This document shows, in pieces, positions 46,963 through 56,990 of a DNA stretch of 64,000 nucleotides (position 1 is the stretch's first letter; each line of letters begins with the position of its first letter). A model generated the notes under the pieces. That model saw only the letters and a list, made by a program, of their open reading frames with translations. It searched no databases and was not told the origin of the DNA. The stretch is from contig JBFWPN010000001.1 of assembly GCA_050249955.1 (NCBI GenBank), positions 896,716 to 960,715 on the forward strand. Reading direction: 5' to 3'. This stretch comes from Vicinamibacterales bacterium. Its GTDB lineage: Bacteria > Acidobacteriota > Vicinamibacteria > Vicinamibacterales > CAVVIG01. Both the position numbers and the translations under genes were made by a program.

Positions 46963-48999
46963 ATGATCCAGCTTTCCGAGCTCACCAAGACCTTCGGCGG
47001 CCGGGTCCTGTTCGACCACGTCACCTGGCAGATTACCGACCGCGAACGGGTTGGGCTGTGCGGCCCCAACGGTGCCGGCAAGACCACGCTGCTGAAGATG
47101 ATGGCCGGCCTCGAGGAGTGCGACTCGGGCGCCATCCTGAAGCCGGCCGCACTCACCGTCGGCTACCTGCCGCAGGACGGGCTGTCGCACGCGGGCAAGT
47201 CGGTCTTCGAGGAAGCGAGCGGGGCGTTCGACGACCTGCTCGCGATGAAGGCCGAGATGCACGTGCTCGAGGACAAGCTCGGCGACGCCTCGGTGCCCGA
47301 ATCCGATCACGAGGCGATCCTCGCCCGCTACAGCGACCTCCAGGATCAGTTCCGCCTGCGCGACGGCTACGCCATCGAGCTGAAGACCGCCACGGTGCTG
47401 CAGGGCCTCGGCTTCAGCCGCGACGACTTCGAACGGCGGACGGAGACCTTCTCGGGTGGCTGGCAGATGCGCCTCGCCCTCGCCAAGCTGCTGCTGAAGC
47501 AGCCGAGCCTGCTGCTGCTCGACGAACCGACGAACCACCTGGATCTCGAGGCGCGCAACTGGCTCGAGGAATACCTCAACGCCTACCCGCACGCGGTGAT
47601 CCTCGTCTCGCACGACCGCTTCTTCCTCGACGCCGTGGTCACCCGCATCGCCGACCTGACGCTGCGCACGCTCACCGACTACGTGGGCAACTACAGCGCG
47701 TACCTCGTCGCCCACGAGGCGAAGATGGACGCGCTGCGGAAGGCGAAGCACGAGCAGGACGAGGAGGTCGCCCGGGTCAAGATGTTCATCGACCGGTTCC
47801 GCTACCAGGCGACGAAGGCCTCGCAGGTGCAGAGCCGGATCAAGATGCTCGAGAAGGTGGTGCCGATCGAGGTGCCGCCGGAGCGGAAGAAGATCCGCTT
47901 CCACTTCCCGGTCTGCGAGAAGAGCGGGCGCACGGTGCTCGAGCTGAAGCACGTGCGCAAGGCCTACGGCGACCTGGTGGTGTTCCGCGATCTGAACCTG
48001 CACGTCGAACGGGGCGACCGCATCGCACTCGTCGGCCACAACGGCGCCGGCAAGTCCACGCTCATGCGCATGCTCTCGGGCGAGGAGGCGCCCGACTCGG
48101 GCGAACGCATCGAGGGGCACAACCTCGTGATGCAGTACTTCGCCCAGGACGAAGCCACGCGCATGGACCCGGCGCCGACGGTGCACGACACGCTCTCGTC
48201 GGGCTCGCCCATGCACATGGTCCCGATGATCCGCAACATCCTCGGCGGGTTCCTCTTCTCGGGCGACGACATCTACAAGAAGGTGAAGGTGCTCTCGGGC
48301 GGCGAGCGCACGCGGCTCGCGGTGGCGCGGATGCTGCTGCGTCCCTCGAACACGCTGCTGCTCGACGAACCGACCAACCACCTGGATCTCGACTCGAAGG
48401 AAGTGCTGCTCGACGCGCTCGTCGACTACGGCGGCACGCTCATCTTCGTGTCGCACGACCGCTACTTCGTCGAACGGCTCGCCACGAAGGTGATCGACGT
48501 CGGCGGCGGTGACGTGCTCGTCTACCCGGGCACCTACCGCGAGTTCCTCTGGCACAAGGAGCACCCCGAGGCGCCGGCCACATCAGGCCAGGCGCAGGCG
48601 CGCAAGCCGGAGGCGGCGAAATCCCAGCAGGCGAAGCCCCAGCCGTCCGCCACATCGCCGCAGGCCGGCAGGAGCCGGCCGCAGGCCGCAGCCGCCGCGC
48701 CCACGCAGCCCTCGCGCGACGAGAAGAAGCGGCTCGATGCCGAGGTCCGCAGGCGCATGAAGGCCGAGCAGGCGCGCAAGGCCGAAGTGGACCGCCTCGA
48801 AGGCCGCATCGCCGAGACCGAAGCGGCCATCCGCGAGCTCGAAGCCCGCATGTCCGCGCCCGGCTTCTACGACGATCGCGCCGCCGCGCAGAAGGCCGCC
48901 GACGAGCACCAGTCCCTCATGTGGAAGGTCGGCGAGCTCATGCAGCGCTGGGAAGACCTCCAGTCCGACCCTGATTTGGCTCCCGCCAGCGACCGATAA
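46963..48999 (+). CDS. ABC-F family ATPase (Uup/EttA-like) with C-terminal coiled-coil extension
   Basis: Two ABC cassettes: 'GPNGAGKTT'/'FSGGWQMRLALA' and 'GHNGAGKST'/'LSGGERTRLAVA'. No TM domain. Starts 5 nt after the upstream stop. Confidence 0.95.
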   Translation: MIQLSELTKTFGGRVLFDHVTWQITDRERVGLCGPNGAGKTTLLKMMAGLEECDSGAILKPAALTVGYLPQDGLSHAGKSVFEEASGAFDDLLAMKAEMHVLEDKLGDASVPESDHEAILARYSDLQDQFRLRDGYAIELKTATVLQGLGFSRDDFERRTETFSGGWQMRLALAKLLLKQPSLLLLDEPTNHLDLEARNWLEEYLNAYPHAVILVSHDRFFLDAVVTRIADLTLRTLTDYVGNYSAYLVAHEAKMDALRKAKHEQDEEVARVKMFIDRFRYQATKASQVQSRIKMLEKVVPIEVPPERKKIRFHFPVCEKSGRTVLELKHVRKAYGDLVVFRDLNLHVERGDRIALVGHNGAGKSTLMRMLSGEEAPDSGERIEGHNLVMQYFAQDEATRMDPAPTVHDTLSSGSPMHMVPMIRNILGGFLFSGDDIYKKVKVLSGGERTRLAVARMLLRPSNTLLLDEPTNHLDLDSKEVLLDALVDYGGTLIFVSHDRYFVERLATKVIDVGGGDVLVYPGTYREFLWHKEHPEAPATSGQAQARKPEAAKSQQAKPQPSATSPQAGRSRPQAAAAAPTQPSRDEKKRLDAEVRRRMKAEQARKAEVDRLEGRIAETEAAIRELEARMSAPGFYDDRAAAQKAADEHQSLMWKVGELMQRWEDLQSDPDLAPASDR

Positions 49000-49088
49000 C
49001 AATTTCGTCAGCCGATTACGGTTCTGCCCCGGTCGCCAGCGCGCCGCCACGCGCGAGGTCCGCGAAACGCGCCGTTTTCAGCCCAGAA

Positions 49089-50327
49089 ATGTCCAGTCGA
49101 GCCGGGTACGTCCCTTGCCCCGGCAGATCCGAGCTGAAGTGTATGGCTTCCCCTCGCCCCATTCCTGAAACCGGCGCCCGGCGCCGCCGGGTCGCGGCGC
49201 CCTCCGCGCACGCGTCGCCGACCACCCATCCGGACGACCGTTTCTTCCGGCACCTGGTCGGGAGCATGCGCAATGGGGTGATCGCGATCCATCGTCACGG
49301 CGCGCTCGCGCTGATGAACGACGAGGCCTACCGGATCTTCGCGCTCCCGCGTGGATCGGCCGACATCGGCACGCCGTTCGCCGACCTGTTCCGCGAGCGA
49401 CCCGATCTCGTGCGCGTGCTCTCCGGCGCCTTCGAGATGACCACGCTGCCCAACCGGGCCGAGCTGCGGCTGAAGGACCTGGACCGCGTCATCGGCTACA
49501 CGCTCTCGCAGGTCCGCGACGAGGAGGGCCGCGCCATCGGCGCCGTGCTCTTCTTCAAGGATCTGACCCGGGTGGAGCAGATGGAGGAGCGCGAACGCCT
49601 GCGCGATCGCCTCGCGTCGCTCGGCGAAATGGCCGCCGGCATTGCCCACGAGCTGAAGAACCCGCTCGCCGGCATCGAGGTGATGGCCGGGCTCCTGCGA
49701 CGCCAGGTGTCCGACTCGCCCGACGCGCAGTCGCTGCTGGCCGATATCATCAGCGAGGCCAAGCTGGCCAACTCCATCGTGGTCGAGATGCTGGAGTTCG
49801 TGCGGCCGATCCGCCTGCAGGTGGAGCAGATCGACATGGCCGGCGTGCTCGAGCAGTCGGTCACCAACGCCGAGAGCAAGGTGCCCCGCCGCGACATCGC
49901 GATCGACCTGGACGTGGCCGAGGGGCTGCCGCGCATGGACGGCGACGCCAGCCAGCTGTGCCAGGTGTTCACCAACCTGCTCACGAACGCCTTCGAGGCG
50001 ATGAACGGCAGGGGGCGCGTGCTGCTGCGTGCCGCCCTCGCCGAGGTGCCATCCGACGAGGAAGGTTCGTCCGGCGCTCCCACTCCCGCTCCTGCCGTCG
50101 TCGTCGACGTGGTGGACGACGGCCCCGGGGTGTCGGCGGAACTGAGCGATCGCATCTTCAATCCGTTCTTCACGACCAAGGTGACCGGCTCGGGCCTGGG
50201 CCTGCCCATCGTCCGCAAGATCGTCGACGCCCATGACGGGCGCATCGATCTGAGCAGCGAGCCCGGGCACGGCACCCGCTTCCGGGTGACGCTGCCGGTG
50301 TCGTCGAAGTCGAGCTGGTTCAAGTAG
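49089..50327 (+). CDS. PAS-domain histidine kinase (cytoplasmic; start 49089 or 49143)
   Basis: H-box 'GIAHELKNPLAGI' and ATPase boxes 'NLLTNAFEAM', 'DDGPGV', 'GSGLGLPIV'. Confidence 0.85.
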   Translation: MSSRAGYVPCPGRSELKCMASPRPIPETGARRRRVAAPSAHASPTTHPDDRFFRHLVGSMRNGVIAIHRHGALALMNDEAYRIFALPRGSADIGTPFADLFRERPDLVRVLSGAFEMTTLPNRAELRLKDLDRVIGYTLSQVRDEEGRAIGAVLFFKDLTRVEQMEERERLRDRLASLGEMAAGIAHELKNPLAGIEVMAGLLRRQVSDSPDAQSLLADIISEAKLANSIVVEMLEFVRPIRLQVEQIDMAGVLEQSVTNAESKVPRRDIAIDLDVAEGLPRMDGDASQLCQVFTNLLTNAFEAMNGRGRVLLRAALAEVPSDEEGSSGAPTPAPAVVVDVVDDGPGVSAELSDRIFNPFFTTKVTGSGLGLPIVRKIVDAHDGRIDLSSEPGHGTRFRVTLPVSSKSSWFK

Positions 50328-50344
50328 AGGACGAGGCACGAGCC

Positions 50345-51766
50345 ATGGGTCGAATACTGGTTGCTGACGATCACGATGCCCTCCGCCGGGGGCTCGCGCG
50401 GGGGCTGTCCGAGGCCGGGCACGAGGTGGAGGAGGCCTCGAACGGCAACGCCGCCATCGAGCGCCTGCACGAGAGCCACTTCGATGTCGTGCTGAGCGAC
50501 CTGAAGATGGGCGGCAGCGACGGCATGGACGTGCTGCGCACGACGCGCGCGCTGCACCCGACGACCGCGGTGATCCTGATGACCGCGTTCGGCTCGGTGA
50601 ACACCGCGGTGGAGGCGATGAAGATCGGCGCCTTCGACTACGTGCAGAAGCCGTTCGAGATCGAGGAAATGGAGGTGAAGATCGAGAAGGCGCTCGAGAT
50701 GCGGCGCCTGAAGCACGAGCTCGAGTACCTCCGCGGCACGCAGCAGGACATCTACGACTTCGACCGGATTGTGGGATCGAGCGCCGCCCTCCAGAAGGTG
50801 CTCGACATCGTCCGCAAGGTGGCCAAGAGCAACACCACCGTGCTGGTGCGGGGCGAGACCGGCACCGGCAAGGAGCTGATTGCCGGTGCCACGCACCACA
50901 ACTCGCTGCGGAGCACCCGCAACTTCGTGAAGGTGAACTGCGCGGCCCTGCAGGAGAACCTGCTCGAGTCCGAGCTGTTCGGGCACGAGAAGGGGGCGTT
51001 CACCGGCGCGGACAAGCAGCGGATCGGCCGCTTCGAGCAGGCGGACGGCGGCACGCTGTTCCTCGACGAAATCGGCGACATGAGCCCGAGCACGCAGGCC
51101 AAGATCCTGCGCGTCCTGCAGGAGCACGAGTTCGAGCGCCTGGGCGGCACGCGCACGCTGCGCGTGGACGTGCGGCTGATTGCCGCCACCAACCGCGACC
51201 TGTCGGCCATGGTGCTCGCGGGCCAGTTCCGCGAGGACCTCTACTACCGCCTCAACGTGGTGTCGATCGAGATGCCGCCGCTGCGCGAGCGCAAGGACGA
51301 CATCGTGCCGCTGGCCAATTCGTTCATCCGCAAGTTCGCCGGTGAACTGAAGAAGAAGATCGACGGACTCGAGCCCGACGCCCAGAAGCTGCTGATGCGC
51401 TACAACTGGCCTGGCAACATCCGGGAGCTCGAGAACGCGATCGAGCGCGCCATGCTTCTGGCCGAGGGGCGCGCCATTGCCGCCGACGACCTCCGCCTCG
51501 GCGAGACCCCGACACCAGGCTCCGGCCGCGACCACACACCGGTGGTCCGCATCCCGCCCACCGGCATCCCGCTCGACGATGTGGAGCGGTTCGCGCTGAT
51601 CGAGGCGCTGAAGATGTCGAACTGGGTGCAGAAGGACGCCGCCGAACTGCTCTCGATCAGCCCGCGCGTGATGAACTACAAGATCAAGACGCTGGGCATC
51701 GAGTTCCCGCGCGGCCGCCGGGCAGCGCCGCTCACCCCGTCGGATCCGCTGGCGGCGGCCTCTTAG
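50345..51766 (+). CDS. Sigma-54-dependent response regulator (NtrC/AtoC family EBP)
   Basis: REC 'RILVADDH', 'GETGTGKE', '[10 protein letters not shown]', and HTH '[19 protein letters not shown]'. Confidence 0.95.
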   Translation: MGRILVADDHDALRRGLARGLSEAGHEVEEASNGNAAIERLHESHFDVVLSDLKMGGSDGMDVLRTTRALHPTTAVILMTAFGSVNTAVEAMKIGAFDYVQKPFEIEEMEVKIEKALEMRRLKHELEYLRGTQQDIYDFDRIVGSSAALQKVLDIVRKVAKSNTTVLVRGETGTGKELIAGATHHNSLRSTRNFVKVNCAALQENLLESELFGHEKGAFTGADKQRIGRFEQADGGTLFLDEIGDMSPSTQAKILRVLQEHEFERLGGTRTLRVDVRLIAATNRDLSAMVLAGQFREDLYYRLNVVSIEMPPLRERKDDIVPLANSFIRKFAGELKKKIDGLEPDAQKLLMRYNWPGNIRELENAIERAMLLAEGRAIAADDLRLGETPTPGSGRDHTPVVRIPPTGIPLDDVERFALIEALKMSNWVQKDAAELLSISPRVMNYKIKTLGIEFPRGRRAAPLTPSDPLAAAS

Positions 51767-51816
51767 AGGATGGGCGATAGGCGATTGGCTCCACGCCTCG
51801 GGCTCCTGCTGGAAGC

Positions 51817-52809
51817 CTAGTCGTCTGAAGGCTTCCCCGGCGTCGTCGACCGCGCCCGCGGGTGCGCCTTGCGGTACACCTCCATCAGCTGGGCCGCGTT
51901 GACGTGCGTGTAGCGCTGCGTCGTGCTCAGGCGCGAGTGGCCCAGCAGCTCCTGGATGGTGCGCAGGTCGGCACCGCGCTGCAGCAGGTGCGTGGCAAAG
52001 GAATGCCGCAGGGCGTGCGGGCTGACGCCGTCGCGCTCGGTCACCGCCGCGTACTTCCGCACCAGCCGGTCGATGCTGCGCACGGTGAGGCGCCCGCCAC
52101 GATAGTTGACGAACACCGGCTCGCGCCGCGCACGCCCCTGTTCACGCCGGCGGTCGCGCGCGCGTGACCCCACCACCCGGTCGTCGGTGCTGCTGTTGCG
52201 GATGTACTGCTCGCGGTCCTTCAGCCAGGCACGCAGGGCGGTGGCCGTGGCGCCGTTGAACGGCACGAGCCGCTGGCGGCCCCCCTTGCCGAGCACGCGC
52301 ACCATCCGCCCGCTCAGGTTCAGGTCGTCCAGGTCCAGCCCGGCCAGCTCGCTGAGCCGCAGGCCCGACGCGTAGAACAGCTCGAGAATCGCCTGGTCGC
52401 GCCGCCCGAGCGGCTGCTCCTCGTCCGGCGCGTCGAGCATCCTGGTCATCTCCTGCTCGGAGAGATGGGCCGGCATCCGCACCTCGCGCTTCGGCGTGGC
52501 GATGAGCGAGCCGGCGTCCGACTCGATGATCCCCTCGCGCCGGAGATAGCGCAGGAAGGTGCGGATGGCGGCCAGCTTCCGCGCGGCCGTGGCGCGCGTC
52601 TGCCCTTCTGCGTGCAGCCAGGCCAGGAACGAGCGGATGGCGGTGCGGTCGAGCGCCTGGGGCGAGAGGTCGCGCTTCTTGAGGTCTGCGGCGGCGGCCA
52701 CGTGGCCGATGAACTGCGTGAGGTCGCTGTCGTAGGCGCGCACCGTGTGCGGCGACACGTTGCGGTTGAGGGCCAGGTACCTGAGGAAGGCCTTCAGGTG
52801 CTCGATCAT
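51817..52809 (-). CDS. xerC: Tyrosine recombinase XerC/XerD family (chromosome dimer resolution context)
   Basis: ATG at 52809 overlaps the trmFO stop (ATGA). 'SPHTVRAYDSDL', 'HALRHSFATHLL', 'LGHSRLSTTQRYTHV'. Confidence 0.9.
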   Translation of the reverse strand: MIEHLKAFLRYLALNRNVSPHTVRAYDSDLTQFIGHVAAAADLKKRDLSPQALDRTAIRSFLAWLHAEGQTRATAARKLAAIRTFLRYLRREGIIESDAGSLIATPKREVRMPAHLSEQEMTRMLDAPDEEQPLGRRDQAILELFYASGLRLSELAGLDLDDLNLSGRMVRVLGKGGRQRLVPFNGATATALRAWLKDREQYIRNSSTDDRVVGSRARDRRREQGRARREPVFVNYRGGRLTVRSIDRLVRKYAAVTERDGVSPHALRHSFATHLLQRGADLRTIQELLGHSRLSTTQRYTHVNAAQLMEVYRKAHPRARSTTPGKPSDD

Positions 52810-54224
52810 GCCACCCTGTCCCGCATCCAGGCGTCGAGCGCCTCGAGCGCGCGGTGCGAGAGGGCCACCTTGCGGTCGGCCTTGCCCCGCGGCGGTTGCA
52901 CCAGCGGCTCCATGATGCCGAAGGTGATGTTCGACGGGTCGTAGTGCGCCGGATTCGCGTGCGACGCATAGTAGGCGAGCGCGCCGATCGCGGTGGTGCG
53001 CGGCGGTGCCGAGGTTGGCCGGCCCTTGGCCAGCGCCGCTGCGTTCAAGCCCGCGAGCAGCCCGGAGGCCGCAGATTCCACGTAACCCTCGACACCCGAC
53101 ATCTGCCCGGCGAAGAAGATGGACGGGTGCTCCCGCAGCTGCCACGTTTCGGTGAGCACCGTCGGCCCGTTCACGTACGTGTTGCGGTGCACCATCCCGT
53201 AGCGTACGAACTCCGCCTGCTCGAGCCCCGGGATCATGCGCAGGACGCGCGCCTGTTCACCCCACTTCAACTGGGTCTGGAACCCCACGAGGCTGAAGTG
53301 GTCGGCCGCGAGGTTGTCCTGTCGCAGCTGCACGGCGGCGTACGGCGTGCGTCCGGTGCGCGGGTCGGTGAGGCCAACCGGCTTCATCGGGCCGAACCGC
53401 AGCGTGTCCACGCCGCGGTGCGCCATCACCTCGATCGGCAGGCAGCCTTCGAAGAACTTCTCCTTGTCGAAGTCGTGCACGGTGGCCGACTCGGCATGTA
53501 CGAGCGCATCGTAGAAGCGCTCGTACTCGTCCTTCGTGAACGGACAGTTCAGGTAGTCCCCCTCCCCATCGTCCACCCCGCACGCGACGTCAGTGGCGCC
53601 CGCACCCTGAGCGACCGAAGGGAGTCGAAGGGCCCCCTCCTGCCCTTCCAGGCCCTCCCGCCCCCTGATCGACCGTCCCCACCGCGACTGGCGGAACACC
53701 TTCGTCCGGTCGATCGACTCGGCCAGGACGATGGGGCTGATGGCGTCGTAGAAGTACAGGTGACTGCCGCCCACCAGGCGCGCGATCTCGGCCGAGAGCG
53801 CGTCGCTCGTCAGCGGACCGGTGGCCACGATCACCGGCTCGGCTGGCGACGAGGGCGGCAGCACCGCCACTTCCTGGCGGACGATGGAGATGAGCGGGTG
53901 GGTGCTGATGGCGGTGGTGATGGCGTCGGCAAACGCCTCGCGGTCGACCGCGAGCGCGGCGCCCGCGGGTACGCGGCTGGCCTCGGCCGCCTGCATCACG
54001 AGGGAGCCGAGCCGCCGCATCTCTTCCTTCAGCAGGCCGACCGCGTTATCGAGCTTGTCACCGCGGAACGAGTTGCTGCAGACCAGTTCGGCGAGCCGGT
54101 CGGTCTTGTGCACGGCCGTGCCACGCACCGGCCGCATTTCGTACAGCGTGACAGGCACGCCCGCGCGTGCCGCCTGCCAGGCGGCCTCGCACCCGGCGAG
54201 GCCCCCCCCGACGACCCGAATCAT
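52806..54224 (-). CDS. trmFO: Methylenetetrahydrofolate--tRNA-(uracil54-C5)-methyltransferase TrmFO
   Basis: ATG at 54224 overlaps the topA stop (ATGA). 'VVGGGLAGCEAAWQ', 'LVCSNSFR', 'DYLNCPFTKDEY', 'FAGQMSGVEGYVESAASG'. Confidence 0.95.
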   Translation of the reverse strand: MIRVVGGGLAGCEAAWQAARAGVPVTLYEMRPVRGTAVHKTDRLAELVCSNSFRGDKLDNAVGLLKEEMRRLGSLVMQAAEASRVPAGAALAVDREAFADAITTAISTHPLISIVRQEVAVLPPSSPAEPVIVATGPLTSDALSAEIARLVGGSHLYFYDAISPIVLAESIDRTKVFRQSRWGRSIRGREGLEGQEGALRLPSVAQGAGATDVACGVDDGEGDYLNCPFTKDEYERFYDALVHAESATVHDFDKEKFFEGCLPIEVMAHRGVDTLRFGPMKPVGLTDPRTGRTPYAAVQLRQDNLAADHFSLVGFQTQLKWGEQARVLRMIPGLEQAEFVRYGMVHRNTYVNGPTVLTETWQLREHPSIFFAGQMSGVEGYVESAASGLLAGLNAAALAKGRPTSAPPRTTAIGALAYYASHANPAHYDPSNITFGIMEPLVQPPRGKADRKVALSHRALEALDAWMRDRVA

Positions 54225-56977
54225 GACGTGACTGCAGCCTTCCGCGTGCGCTTCGTGGTGGCAGCCTTTTTCGCCGCGGGCTTGGCGGACTTGGTGGACT
54301 TGGCGCGCGGAGCGCGCGCCTTGGAAGCACCCTCGCCCGCAGCCTTCTTCTTCCCGCGTGCCGCACCACGACCGCGCCCTTCCTTCGGCGGCGCAGACCG
54401 CCGCGCCTCGAGCAGGTCGTTGGCCGCTTCGAGCGTGAGCGTCTTCGGATCCACGCCGCGCGGCACCGACGCGTTCGTCTCCTTGTCGGTGACGTACGGG
54501 CCGAAGCGCCCCTCGAGCACCTGGAGCGGCTCGGCCCCCGGCCGCTCGATCAGCGCAATCACCTTCTTCGACGCCTGGCGACGCCGCGAGCGCTTGGGCT
54601 CCGAGAAGAGCTGGAGCGCACGGGCCAGGTCGCACGTGAACAGTTCCTCGTCGCTCTCGAGCGAGCGGAACTCGTCGCCGTGCTTCACGTACGGACCGAA
54701 GCGGCCGAGCCCCGCCACGACGATCTCGCCCGACTCCGGGTGGATGCCGAGCTCGCGCGGCAACTGGAGCAGCTTGAGCGCCTCATCGAGCGTGACCGAC
54801 GACTCGGTCATCTCGCCGATCAGCGACGAGCGGCGCGGCTTCTCCTTCGATCCCTTGTCGGGCGTCTCGCCGAGCTGCACGTACGCGCCGAAGCGGCCGT
54901 GAATGGCATAGACGTTCTGGCCGGTCGCCGGGTCGACGCCGAGCAGGCGCGGCCCTTCGGCCTTGGCGCGAATCAGCTTCAGGGCGTACTCGACCGTCAG
55001 GTCCGCGGGCGCGATGTTCGGCGGCAGCGAGGCGGTCCTGCCCGGCCCCCCCTCGCCCTGCTGCAGGAAGGCCCCGAAACGGCCGATGCGCACGCGGATC
55101 GGCTCGCCCGATTCCGGGTCGGTCCCCACGTCGATGAGCGGATAGTCGGCCCGCTCCTCGGCCTGCTTCGCCGCAACCTCGAGACCACGGTGCTGCGTGT
55201 CGCCGCGATAGAACTGCTCGATGAAGTGCAGCCAGTCGCGCTTGCCATTGGAGATGTCGTCGAGGTCCTCTTCCATCTCGGCGGTGAACTCGAAGTCCAC
55301 CAGGTCGCCGAAGTGGGCGCTGAGGAGGCGCGTCACGGCAAATGCCGTGAAGCTCGGCACGAGCGCCTTGCCCTGCCGGAAGATGTAGCCGCGCCGCTCG
55401 ATCGTCCCGATCGTGGCCGCATACGTGGAGGGCCGACCGATGCCGAGCCGCTCCAGCTCCTTGATGAGCGAGGCCTCGGTGAACCGCGCCGGCGGCGTGG
55501 TCTCGTGCTTCTTGGCGTCGAGCGCCAGCAGGGTCACGTCGCCCTGCGCGGTACCGGCTGCCGTGATGCGGGCTCCGACCGCCAGCTTGGGCAGCACGGT
55601 CTCCTGGTCTTCGAGTTCCGCGGCCGGGTCGTCACTCCCCTCGACGTAGGCGCGGCGGAAGCCGGCAAACTCGATGGCCTTGCCCGACGCGGTGAACACG
55701 GCCGGCTCGCCGCTGGTACCGGTGCCGGTGATCTCCACGGTGGTGCGCAGCACGCGGGCATCCACCATCTGCGATGCCATCGTGCGCTTCCAGATCAGCT
55801 CGTAGAGCCGGAAGTCGTCGCCCGACAGCCCCGCGGTGACCGGCGTGGCGGCGAAGTTCGACGGACGGATCGCCTCGTGTGCCTCCTGGGCGTTCTTCAC
55901 CTTGGTGGCGTAGCGGCGCGGACCGGCGTAGTAGCTGTCGCCGAACATGTCGCGGATGGCCCCGGCCGATTCCTGCAGCGCCTTCTCGCTGAGCGTGGTC
56001 GAGTCCGTGCGGTGGTAGGAGATGTGGCCGTCCTGGAAGAGCCGCTGGGCCGCCTGCATGGTGCGCTCGGTGGAGAACCCGAGCTTGCGGCTGGCTTCCT
56101 GCGTGAGCGTCGACGTGGTGAAGGGGGGCGCCGGCCGTTCCACGCCGGGCTTCTCTTCGACCGAGGTGACGGTCCACGGCAGGTTCGTCCGCAGTGCCTC
56201 GACCAGCGCGTGCGCGGCATCGCCGCCAATCACGCGCGCGTTCCGGCCGACGAAGCGACCGTTCGCGTCGAAGTCCTTGCCCGAGGCCACGCGCTCGTCG
56301 CCCACCCGTGCCAGCGTCGCCGCGAACTCGCGGCCCTCGCCCGACAGGCGCGCCTCGAGATCCCAGTACGTGGCGGTGGTGAACGCAATGCGCTCCTGCT
56401 CGCGGTCGACGATGAGCCGGACCGCCACGCTCTGGACGCGGCCGGCGCTGAGGCCGGTCTGCACCTTCTTCCAGAGCACGGGCGAGAGCGTGTAGCCATA
56501 GAGGCGGTCGAGGATGCGCCGGCTCTCCTGCGCGCGCACCAGGTTCTCGTTCACGTCGTGCGCATCCTTCACGGCGTCGCGGATGGCCGACTCGGTGATC
56601 TCGTGGAAGACGATGCGCTTGACCGGAACCTTGGGCTTGAGCACCTCCTTCAGGTGCCAGCTGATCGATTCGCCCTCACGATCAGGGTCGGTGGCGAGGA
56701 ACACCTCGCGGGCGTCCTTCAGGGCCGCCTTGAGCGCCTGGACGTGCTTCCGCTTGTCGTTCGGGACGACGTAGTAGGGCTTGAAGTCGTTCTCGGTGTC
56801 GACACCGAGCCGGCCCCACTTCTTCTTGCGGATCTCGTCGGGAATCTCGTCGGCCGATTCCGGGAGGTCGCGCACGTGCCCGAAGCTGGCCTGGATGTCG
56901 TAGTCGTTCGAGTCCAGGAACCGCTGAATCGTCCGCGCCTTGGCCGGCGACTCCACGATCACGAGTGTCTTTGCCAT
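54221..56977 (-). CDS. topA: DNA topoisomerase I (type IA)
   Basis: ATG at 56977 ('MAKTLVIVESPAKARTIQRFL', Toprim). Active-site 'ISYHRTDST'. C-terminal 'GRFG[AP][FY]' repeats and a Lys-rich tail. Confidence 0.95.
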   Translation of the reverse strand: MAKTLVIVESPAKARTIQRFLDSNDYDIQASFGHVRDLPESADEIPDEIRKKKWGRLGVDTENDFKPYYVVPNDKRKHVQALKAALKDAREVFLATDPDREGESISWHLKEVLKPKVPVKRIVFHEITESAIRDAVKDAHDVNENLVRAQESRRILDRLYGYTLSPVLWKKVQTGLSAGRVQSVAVRLIVDREQERIAFTTATYWDLEARLSGEGREFAATLARVGDERVASGKDFDANGRFVGRNARVIGGDAAHALVEALRTNLPWTVTSVEEKPGVERPAPPFTTSTLTQEASRKLGFSTERTMQAAQRLFQDGHISYHRTDSTTLSEKALQESAGAIRDMFGDSYYAGPRRYATKVKNAQEAHEAIRPSNFAATPVTAGLSGDDFRLYELIWKRTMASQMVDARVLRTTVEITGTGTSGEPAVFTASGKAIEFAGFRRAYVEGSDDPAAELEDQETVLPKLAVGARITAAGTAQGDVTLLALDAKKHETTPPARFTEASLIKELERLGIGRPSTYAATIGTIERRGYIFRQGKALVPSFTAFAVTRLLSAHFGDLVDFEFTAEMEEDLDDISNGKRDWLHFIEQFYRGDTQHRGLEVAAKQAEERADYPLIDVGTDPESGEPIRVRIGRFGAFLQQGEGGPGRTASLPPNIAPADLTVEYALKLIRAKAEGPRLLGVDPATGQNVYAIHGRFGAYVQLGETPDKGSKEKPRRSSLIGEMTESSVTLDEALKLLQLPRELGIHPESGEIVVAGLGRFGPYVKHGDEFRSLESDEELFTCDLARALQLFSEPKRSRRRQASKKVIALIERPGAEPLQVLEGRFGPYVTDKETNASVPRGVDPKTLTLEAANDLLEARRSAPPKEGRGRGAARGKKKAAGEGASKARAPRAKSTKSAKPAAKKAATTKRTRKAAVTS

Positions 56978-56990
56978 CTGCCCTGTCACC

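Noticed and set aside
51817-52809. The tyrosine recombinase as an integrase marking a mobile element or genomic island
   Set aside because: It sits in the conserved housekeeping array dprA-topA-trmFO-xerC with ATGA overlaps. It has XerC/D-type N-terminal and catalytic motifs. No flanking tRNA, direct repeats, phage genes or compositional shift are visible.
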